Positions 1-8,157 of a DNA stretch of 60,000 nucleotides are shown here, in pieces. The stretch's first letter is position 1, and each line of letters starts with the position of its first letter. Both the position numbers and the translations under genes were made by a program. The stretch is from Laetmonice hystrix (lineage: Eukaryota). The notes under the pieces are model-generated. The model was not told the origin of the DNA. It saw only the letters and a program-made list of their open reading frames with translations, and did no database searches. The stretch spans positions 14,572,001-14,632,000 of the forward strand of contig OZ249436.1 in assembly GCA_965235115.1 (NCBI GenBank), written 5' to 3'.

Positions 1-292
1 TGCTATAGTCATGGTACACAGAAAAGGCAAATTCCCTAAAAGTATGTCTAATATTCTATTCTTGAAAGACATTCAACTAGGCTCTCTGAGAAAAACTGCA
101 TTCTGATGACTATCCATTTAGTGGTCTCCCTCGAGACCTTTTCAGTATACTTATAGTTATACAGTAAGAAGTTATCCCCAGAGTTATATTTTCATGGTAA
201 TAATATAAATACCTGGAACTGGTTTAACCCTTAATTTTAAAAACCTCATTAAATCGAATATTTTATTCTGTACCATCCCTTTTACCGGCAAG

Positions 293-1565
293 GACTGTGA
301 AACACGGCCGGACTGGGACCACTCCGTCAGGGAAACACGGCCGGACTGGGACCACTCCGTCAGGGAAACACGGCCGGACTGAGACCACTCCGTCAGGGAA
401 ACACGGCCGGACTAGGAAACACGGTCGGACTGAGACCACTCCGTCAAGGAAACACAGCCGGACTGGGACCACTCCTTCAGGCAAACACGGCCGGACTGAG
501 ACCACTCCTTCAGGGAAACACGGTCGGACTGAGACCACTCCGTCAGGCAAACACGGCCGGACTGAGACCACTCCTTCAGGGAAACACGGCCGGACTGAGA
601 CCACTCCTTCAGGGAAACACGGCCGGACTGAGACCACTCCTTCAGGGAAACACGGTCGGACTGAGACCACTCCTTCAGGGAAACACGGCCGGACTGGGAA
701 ACACGGCCGGACTGGGACTACTCCGTCAGGGAAACACGGCCGGACTGAGACCACTCCTTCAGGGAAACACGGCCGGACTGGGACCACTCGGTCAGGGAAA
801 CACGGCCGGACTGGAAAACACGGCCGGACTGGGACCAGTCCGTCAGGGAAACACAGCCGGACTGAGACCACTCCTTCAGGGAAACACGGCCGGACTGGGA
901 CCACTCGGTCAGGGAAACACGGCCGGACTGGAAAACACGGCCGGACTGGGACCACTCCGTCAGGGAAACACGGCCGGACTGAGACCACTCCGTCAGGGAA
1001 ACACGGCCGGACTAGGAAACACGGTCGGACTGAGACCACTCCGTCAAGGAAACACAGCCGGACTGGGACCACTCCTTCAGGGAAACACGGCCGGACTGAG
1101 ACCACTCCTTCAGGGAAACACGGTCGGACTGAGACCACTCCGTCAGGCAAACACGGCCGGACTGAGACCACTCCTTCAGGGAAACACGGCCGGACTGAGA
1201 CCACTCCTTCAGGGAAACACGGCCGGACTGAGACCACTCCTTCAGGGAAACACGGTCGGACTGAGACCACTCCTTCAGGGAAACACGGCCGGACTGGGAA
1301 ACACGGCCGGACTGGGACTACTCCGTCAGGGAAACACGGCCGGACTGAGACCACTCCTTCAGGGAAACACGGCCGGACTGGGACCACTCGGTCAGGGAAA
1401 CACGGCCGGACTGGAAAACACGGCCGGACTGGGACCAGTCCGTCAGGGAAACACAGCCGGACTGGGACCACTCCGTCAGGGAAACACGGCCGGACTGGGA
1501 CCACTCCGTCAGGCAAACATGGTCGGCCCTCTGCAGGTCAATTAAGGGCAATGTACTCCACGGCT
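293..1565 (+). CDS. Candidate repetitive coding exon, (SGKHGRTETTP)n basic Thr/Gly-rich low-complexity peptide
   Basis: Open for about 424 codons, and both unit lengths are multiples of 3. A pyrimidine tract with AG lies at 291-292 and GCT|GTAAGT at 1565/1566. Several unit variants are synonymous in this frame. No homology recognised. Confidence 0.3.
299..1526. repeat. 33-bp minisatellite (consensus GGGAAACACGGCCGGACTGAGACCACTCCTTCA) with interspersed 18-bp truncated units
   Basis: About 33 long and 7 short units are visible directly. 334-864 is duplicated 600 bp downstream at 934-1464 (16 x 33 + 4 x 18 = 600). Confidence 0.97.
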
Positions 1566-1653
1566 GTAAGTGGGCTTGTCATCTGAAAGCGGGTGTTGTG
1601 TTAAAAAACGGAAATCGGTGTGCACACGTGTGCATGGGGGAGCTAGGCCGTTT

Positions 1654-1656
<3 letters not shown>

Positions 1657-1705
<49 letters not shown>
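1657..1705. repeat. (TC)24 microsatellite
   Basis: Perfect dinucleotide run. Confidence 0.97.
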
Positions 1706-1708
<3 letters not shown>

Positions 1709-2420
1709 ATATTATTCTTCCCTCTTCCGTGTATTTTTCCTATTTTTCTTCCCTTTTCCCCCATTATGTTTTCTCCTTTTTGTCTCCTTACAAAGACATA
1801 AAATGTCATCCCCTCGCCAAACAGCAAAGCCGGGGTATAGTAGACCGTTCAAAAATTAAAAGGCCTATAGATCTATGCATCCCAAAATCAAACCTCGTAT
1901 AGCGATGACAGATATAATGCCTCCAACCTGCTGCCCATTCCCAAAGGGCTCTCCTTTGTTTGGAGGTGTCTCGTGTATAAGTAGGAACAAATCGTGCATT
2001 ATTAAATTAGTACCATATTATTCCGGTTGGAATGTAACTATAGCTGTTTTTTTTGTCATGGCCATGTATAAGATACGACAGAAATTGATTACAATGTTTG
2101 CCGATGAAAGCACTACAGGAGCATTCCTACCGTGCTGGAGCTATCGAACTCGTGCGCTCCCAGATTCATACTGACCTGTAGGTAAAACAAAGACATGCAA
2201 AGTGTCAACACAGTTTCAATGTTAGTGAGCTATACGTTTTATTTCCCATTGGCGACAGCTGCACGCAAGTTCAACACCCGATTGTCTGGTTAGGTCAATT
2301 GAACTTTAAAGAAGAACAAGCATGCAACACGATGGTCTCAAATTTTTACCAGAAGTGAAAGAATTGTAGGTAGGCCTACCTAAGTTGCAGCTATGCATAG
2401 GGAAGGGCGGGCCCAGAAAT

Positions 2421-2801
2421 CTCCAGGTTACGATCTGGTTACGATGGGGGTGCGGTTTGGGGATGGGAGTTGTGGGAGATAGGCCGATACACGCTGTCAC
2501 CTTGTAGGTTCTCCTAGGTTACGATCTGGTTACGATGGGGGTGCGGGGTTGGGGATGGGAGTTGTGGGAGATAGGCCGATACACGCTGTCACCTTGTAGG
2601 TTCTCCTAGGTTACGATCTGGTTACGATGGGGGTGCGGGGTTGGGGATGGGAGTTGTGGGAGATAGGCCGATACACGCTGTCACCTTGTAGGTTCTCCTA
2701 GGTTACGATCTGGTTACGATACGATGGGGGTGCAGGGTTGGGGATGGGAGTTGTGGGGCATAGGCCGATAAGCCTACGCGCTGTCACCTTGTATGTTCTC
2801 C
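2421..2801. repeat. 92-bp tandem repeat, 4 copies, G-rich on + strand
   Basis: AGGTTACGATCTGG recurs at 2425, 2516, 2608 and 2700. Each unit has five G-runs (GGGGG-GGGG-GGGG-GGG-GGG; the second run is reduced in copy 1). Confidence 0.95.
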
Positions 2802-3359
2802 CACAAGAATAGATAAGCAGACCTATATAGGTAGCTATATACCTCCAGGCCTATATCTGTCAATTACCAAAAAATACCGTGAAGATCAATTTCTCCAGCG
2901 TAGGCTGTAGGCCTATGTGTGGCTATATATGCATACTGTTGAATAGCGTGTTTTAATTTGAAGAGCAACCTCAACAGAAATAGGCATACGGCTTAGAGAA
3001 TGAGGCCAACAACTTTAAACAAAGACAGATTTTCATAGACCTTGCAAGTTCTTGCCTATGACCCCCCCCCCCTCCCTTCTTTAAAACCTAACATGGAAAG
3101 TTGTTTTATAGCCGACACTTTGATACTTTTGGTCTTTACTAGAGTCCTATAGATCTATGCCTATAATATTCGCTGCATTTTACCCCACTTTCTGCGTTCA
3201 ACGGGAGAGAAATTTGATATTTGTTGCGGCAACCAGGTGGGCCTATAGTTTTGAGAAAGAATTTTACTCAAAAAGTTTATAGGCCTAAAGTACAGGGCGA
3301 ATCGGTGCGTTTGAGACCCCCCCCCCCCCCTCCTCCACGCTGCATGATTACAATACATT

Positions 3360-3720
3360 GCGGATGAGCTCATCGACTGAGCGCGGCCAATGAATGCATA
3401 CCCATTGACGTGTGAACACTTTTTGTTCCAGGCGCAGTGGGCAGAGGGCGACACAAGGACAGGGGAGGAGGACCCGAGTCATGCCGGCCGCCCGGCTGCG
3501 TGGCCCGGCCTCACTCAGCCGATTAGACACGCCAAGCCGCGTCGAGCCCGATCATCGGGGATAAGATAAGATCATCAAGGCTGTGACGGGGTCCGGCAAA
3601 GTGGATCAGTGACGATGGGTATGGCGATCCCTCGGCAGGGGTAGATCCGATTCCCGATGGGCCTACCTAGCATCCTACTGAGCGGTAGGCCTATAACGGG
3701 TAGGCCGAGATGACGGCGTT
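3360..3720. promoter_or_regulatory. CpG/GC-rich segment with CCAAT and TGACGT motifs; candidate promoter or 5' exon
   Basis: GC and CpG are locally high against an AT-rich background. GGCCAATG lies near 3385, TGACGT near 3406, and palindrome GATGAGCTCATC at 3364-3375. Confidence 0.3.
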
Positions 3721-3747
3721 CATACAGGTCTATAGCTACACACGTAC

Positions 3748-3927
3748 CTGTTTCTACATCTCTCCATGTTCAATGAAGCGATCCTTCTCCAGCCCAATCC
3801 AGACGGAGGAGGGCCCTGATGTCGCATACCAGCCACTCGAAAGAATAGTCAAAGCAAATCGTTACGAGACGGCAAAACGATAGGAAGGTTACTTCCATTC
3901 ATCAATGGAATAAAAGTTGCAACAAAT
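3748..3927 (-). ncRNA. Candidate 180-nt non-coding exon
   Basis: Minus-strand acceptor tttctgtctttactcctctgtaccag| and donor CAG|GTACGT. Stops occur in all three frames. Confidence 0.3.
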
Positions 3928-3979
3928 CTGGTACAGAGGAGTAAAGACAGAAATCATGTAGGCATGTAGTATAACCAAA

Positions 3980-4112
3980 GGGCCTGATCCAAAGAACGAT
4001 TTACGGCCGATTTTGAGATACGGCCGATTTTTCTCAATAGTTTTCCTATGGAGAAAAATCGGCCGTATATATATGTGAAAATCGACCGTAAATCGTTCTG
4101 TGGATCAGGCCC
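3980..4112. mobile_element. 133-bp palindromic MITE-like element (GGGCC...GGCCC termini, PIF/Harbinger-like)
   Basis: The left arm GGGCCTGATCCAAAGAACGATTTACGGCCGATTTT is the reverse complement of the right arm with 2 mismatches. An inner inverted repeat is TACGGCCGATTTTTCTC/GAGAAAAATCGGCCGTA. No clean TSD. Confidence 0.8.
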
Positions 4113-4306
4113 TTTATTGACATAGCCCCATACAGAAGAGTAACCCATATACCAAGGTAATGTTAAATTCAAGTGAGACCTAAATTTCTGCCACTGGAAG
4201 TGCATTGATGTGTAAATTGTTGATACGGGCCATAAGAAGAAAAAATGGACACGCCGCCTTCGTAATGCTGGAGCTCTTCAGGATATCCTCTCTGCTTTAT
4301 CCCCAG

Positions 4307-4439
4307 CAAGTATATTTGGGATTTCTGGGGGCATTTTGTGAAGATCAAATGACAATGCCCTTTGAAATCCTAAATGTGCCTGCAAACCTCGACGCAGACC
4401 GATCAGCGATGGGACGAAGACCGAGTAGGCCCCTAAATG
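4307..4439 (+). other. Candidate 133-nt exon (QVYLGFLGAFCEDQMTMPFEILNVPANLDADRSAMGRRPSRPLN)
   Basis: Acceptor ctctctgctttatccccag| and donor ATG|GTAAGT. Open in phase 0. No homology recognised. Confidence 0.2.
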
Positions 4440-4471
4440 GTAAGTCCAGGAGAGCGGCTTGGGGGATGGCC

Positions 4472-4487
4472 ACAGCAGAGGGCACCA
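4472..4487 (+). promoter_or_regulatory. CTCF-like motif ACAGCAGAGGGCACCA
   Basis: Matches the CCRSYAGRKGGCRS core except for the first base. Confidence 0.35.
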
Positions 4488-5282
4488 ACTACCGTAATAT
4501 ACTAATACAGGTTCATATCTGTCCACCTCAAACATTACCTTTCTCACTTGTCATTTCTACTTTAAAAAAATAAACACTTTATATGCTAGGATTTAAGTGT
4601 TGTGTGTTCCTTTCATTTGGACGGTGCTTTTATCATAGGACTAATAAAAGAATCTCACAATCTAAACATACGTTCTCGGCACCTTTTAGTACAATTATCG
4701 ATGCCATATGAAATACATGTACATGTATTCATCAACCCCCACAAAAGAAAAAATAGAAAGCATTGGGCTCAGTAATAAGGTTTGCAGGCGAAGAAATGAT
4801 TCCCATATATTTCTAAGCAAGCAGGCAAAACCTGACCAAAACAAAATGTTGCCATTGTATCTAGGCCTCAAAGTATAATTGAGAGAAAATCTTATAAAGA
4901 CAATTTAATAAAGAGGTATCTGGCTGGTATATAGAAGTCCGAACTGTCGTTTCTCTGTAAAACAACCCCTTCTTCTTTTTTACTGATTTTTCCGAAAGCA
5001 GATCTGCATCCTCTACGAAACTGCTAAAATCCGCTCAACTGCTACGATTTTACGCGGCTGTGGTTTGAACTATATGTCTGAACTTACTTTTTCGTTGCAT
5101 ACAATCTATTTGGAGAAAAGAATATGGAGCAGGTTTAAGATTTGTAGATGTTTAATATCGTTATGGTTGTGAATTAACGATATGCCCACACAATCACGTA
5201 ACACCCCCGGTATATACATCCCATGGGCTGAGGACGAACCGCCATATTAACAACCCTCTTGGACTAACCTCGACCGACCCTC

Positions 5283-5298
5283 GCACTAGATGGCGCCA
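5283..5298 (+). promoter_or_regulatory. CTCF-like motif GCACTAGATGGCGCCA
   Basis: Close match to the canonical CTCF core CCACTAGATGGCGC. Confidence 0.5.
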
Positions 5299-5399
5299 CT
5301 TCCTGATGAGATTCGCGGGAGGTCGTCAAAAGGGCAGACCATTTAATAGCTGGGGGAGGTATGTTTTTTTTTCGTAAAAAAGGTTTTTTTGCCAAGGTG

Positions 5400-5480
5400 A
5401 CCAAAAACAAAATAGTTTGCTCCCTAATGTGTGTAAAAAATAGTTTGTTTAGCAATGTGCGTGAAAAAAAATAGATTGTT
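5400..5480. repeat. Three degenerate ~28-bp units (AAAATAGTTTG...AATGTGYGT), possibly part of a decayed non-autonomous element
   Basis: AAAATAGTTTG or AAAATAGATTG recurs near 5409, 5437 and 5468. Confidence 0.4.
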
Positions 5481-5890
5481 GACAGCCAGCAGATTTATAA
5501 ACAAATCTGCCCGAAACTGCTAAAAAAATTATATGCTATAGGGCCTATACATGAATGAACATGGAAAACAAAGTACAATTTACTAGTCCGGCTACCTAGG
5601 CCTATATGTACAATACCCCATACAATACTGAGTGAAACATATCAATATTGATCAATCTGAACAATATGACATGCAAGTGAATACTAGTATGTATAACTTG
5701 ATCAATTGTTATATGTAGACATTCGCTTGCACTACAAGACATTTGAGAGCCCACAAATCTGTGAAGACAATTAGAACTTCCAATTTGCTTCATATGGCCG
5801 GTTGCGCACGTCTGTCTCAAGTTAAGGTTTAGGCCCGAGTTTAGATAGGGACTTGGAGATTGGGAAATCCCGTCTCAAGACTAGGGTCAA

Positions 5891-6116
5891 CCCCACCTGA
5901 CTGTAGTGATTAGGACTCTAGCTACCCTACCTGACTGTGTATAGTGATTAGGACCTTATATACCCATCCTGACTGTTGTGCTTAGGCACCTATACCCACC
6001 TGACTGTAGTGATTAGGAACCTATATACCCCGCCTGACCATAGTGATTAAGCCCCTATATACGCCACCTGACTGTAGTGATTCGGAACCTATACACCCCA
6101 CCTGCCTGCCATTAGG
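5891..6116. repeat. ~34-bp degenerate minisatellite (CCCACCTGACTGTAGTGATTAGGAACCTATATA), about 6.5 copies, abutting the macrosatellite
   Basis: Recurrent CCTGACTGTAGTGATTAGG core is visible directly. Confidence 0.9.
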
Positions 6117-6121
6117 CTTAC

Positions 6122-6210
6122 CTGACAACGTTAACGGACGCTTACAGACGGTCTGTAGGCGACACACATTAGATGCGAGTAGATGATAGACGAAACGTAT
6201 GGCCTGCCTC
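6122..6210 (-). ncRNA. Candidate repeat exon A (89 nt), left-edge copy; one per monomer (e.g. 7836-7924)
   Basis: Acceptor ctcatgtttcatgtttccatgcctttattgtccag|G. The donor is CAG|GTAAGC in this copy and the weaker CAG|GTCGTC in internal copies. Confidence 0.4.
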
Positions 6211-6459
6211 CTGGACAATAAAGGCATGGAAACATGAAACATGAGGCGTCCCTATCCTACTGGCTACTCTTGTATACAAGCAAACGGTACAGGGAGGCCA
6301 AACAGTACAGGGAGGAATCGCTACAAGGTATACTGTCTGGCCTAGCACCCAAGCAAACACTACAGTGAGGCCAAAGAGTACAGTGAGGCCAAACAGTACA
6401 CTGTGGGACCAAGCAATGTGGGGGGCCAACCAGTAGAGTGAGAAGTCCCGACATCTTAC

Positions 6460-6541
6460 CGACTGGCCTAGTAGCCATGCAAATACTACAGTGAGGTAGT
6501 GGAAATGAAAGGTACTGGCGAAGAGCATCTAATGTTAAAAT
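6460..6541 (-). ncRNA. Candidate repeat exon C (82 nt); one per monomer (e.g. 8172-8253)
   Basis: Acceptor tatcttctccag|A and donor TCG|GTAAGA (TCA|GTAAGA in some copies). Confidence 0.4.
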
Positions 6542-6718
6542 CTGGAGAAGATACTCAAATGGGAAGTATACACATCACAACCATATATCTGTAGCGAACG
6601 TACGAGACCTATACGTTTGACAGTTATACATCTGGCCTAAGAATCATAACTTTAGGGGGCGTAGTTTCAATTTGACGTATCAGAAATGTAGCCATTTTTC
6701 GCTTCTCATTGCTTTAAC

Positions 6719-6904
6719 CTAAGAGCCACAGGTGCCTGCCAGCCCGGCCAGGTATACGTGGTGATTCCACCGGTAGCCGGAAGATGGCAATGCAGTTACC
6801 GCCTCTGCCGCCGCTTCGGTAGAGCTGCGCTGCACCCTGGTGTTTCTTGCCTGCAACATCTCTGTACTCTTTCTTTGTTTGTTTCTTACTTGGGGATAGG
6901 ATAT
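6719..6904 (-). ncRNA. Candidate repeat exon B (186 nt to TAG|GTTAAA, or a 15-nt micro-exon 6890-6904 to CAA|GTAAGA); one per monomer (e.g. 8431-8616)
   Basis: Acceptor gttgtacgctttttctatatcag|A with two alternative downstream donors. Confidence 0.35.
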
Positions 6905-7632
6905 CTGATATAGAAAAAGCGTACAACGTCATTTGCCATTGTTAACTAAACCTTTACGGCAAACTGTCATTGGGACGACCTGACAACGTTGTCGCACGCT
7001 TAAAGATGGTCTGTAGGGGACACAGATGAGATGGGAGTAGATGATAGACGGAACGTATGACCTGCTTCCTGGACAATAAAGGCATGGAAACATGAAACAT
7101 GAGGCGTCCCTATATTACTGGCTACTGTTGTATACAAGCAAACGGTACAGGGAGGACAAACAATACAGTGAAGAATCGCTACAAGGTACTCGCTGGCCTA
7201 GCACCCCAGCGAACACTACAGTGAGGCCAAAGAGTACAGTAAGGCCAAACAGTACACTGTGAGGCCAAGCAGTGTGGGAGGCACACCAGTAGAGTGAGAA
7301 GTCACTACATCTTACCGACTGGCCTAGTAGCCATGCAAACACTACAGTCAGGTAGTGGAAATGAAAGGTACTGGCGAGGAGCATTTAATGTTAAAATCTG
7401 GAGAAGATACTCAAATGGGAAGTATACACATCACAACCATATATCTGTAGCGAACGTACGAGACCTATACGTTTGACAGTTATATATCTGGCCTAAGAAT
7501 CATAACTTTGGGGGGCGTAGTTTCAATTTGACGTATCAGAAATGTAGCCATTTTTCGCTTCTCATTGCTTTAACCTAAGAGCCACAGGTGCCTGCCAGCC
7601 CGGCCAGGTATACGTGGTGATTCCACCGGTAG

Positions 7633-7648
7633 CCGGAAGATGGCAGTG
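7633..7648 (+). promoter_or_regulatory. CTCF-like / ETS / YY1-like composite motif CCGGAAGATGGCAGTG, one per monomer
   Basis: One mismatch to CCRSYAGRKGGCRS. Contains CCGGAAG (ETS core) and AAGATGGC (YY1 core). CCGGAAGATGGCA appears invariant in the copies inspected. Confidence 0.4.
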
Positions 7649-7995
7649 CAGTCGCCTCCCCCGCCGCCGCTTCAGTAGAGCTGCGCTGCACCCTGGTGTT
7701 TCTTGCCTGCAGCATCTCTGTACTCTTTCTTTGTTTGCTTCTTACTTGGGGATGGGATATCTCATATAGAAAAAGCGTACAACGTCATTTGCCATTGTTA
7801 ACTAAACCTTTACGGCAGCCAGTCATTGGGACGACCTGACAACGTTGTCGCACGCTTAAAGATGGTCTGTAGGGGACACAGATTAGATGGGAGTAGATGA
7901 TAGACGAAACGTATTGCCTGCTTCCTGGACAATAAAGGCATGGAAACATGAAACATGAGGCGTCCCTATATTACTGGCTACTGTTGTATACAAGC

Positions 7996-8157
7996 AAACG
8001 GTACAGGGAAGACAAACAATACAGTGAGGAATCGCTACAAGGTACTGGCTGGCCTAGCACCCCAGCGAACACTACAGTGAGGCCAAAGAGTACAGTAAGG
8101 CTAAACAGTACACTGTGAGGCCAAGCAGTGTGGGAGGCCAACCAGTAGAGTGAGAAG
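7996..8157. repeat. Degenerate 18-bp sub-repeat inside each monomer (consensus AAACAGTACAGTGAGGCC), about 7 copies in two runs
   Basis: Runs at 7996-8031 and 8067-8157. Exact 18-bp unit deletions occur in monomers near 26110, 32115 and 40690. Confidence 0.85.

Noticed and set aside
263..1516. 417-aa minus-strand ORF (PEGVVSVRPCF repeats)
   Set aside because: It is the antisense reading of the minisatellite. It has no ATG start and its commonest unit variants are non-synonymous, so the + frame is the better candidate.
1570..1902. ORFs with SLSL, LSLS or ERER runs
   Set aside because: Translations of the (TC)n microsatellite.
299..6116. CRISPR-like interpretation of the 33-34-bp repeats
   Set aside because: Units are directly adjacent with no unique spacers, there are no cas genes, and the context is eukaryotic.
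7555..7590. TCGCTTCTC...CTAAGA resembling the U2 snRNA 5' end
   Set aside because: No branch-point recognition sequence GTAGTA at the right position, no Sm site, and the CTTCTC is polymorphic.
7585..7650. Partial similarity to SRP (7SL) S-domain or HDV-like ribozyme motifs
   Set aside because: Helix 8 pairing and the P3/P1.1/J4-2 elements cannot be formed.
7672..7674. In-frame TGA in long exon B read as selenocysteine
   Set aside because: No recognisable SECIS or selenoprotein motif, and the adjoining exon C has stops in that phase.
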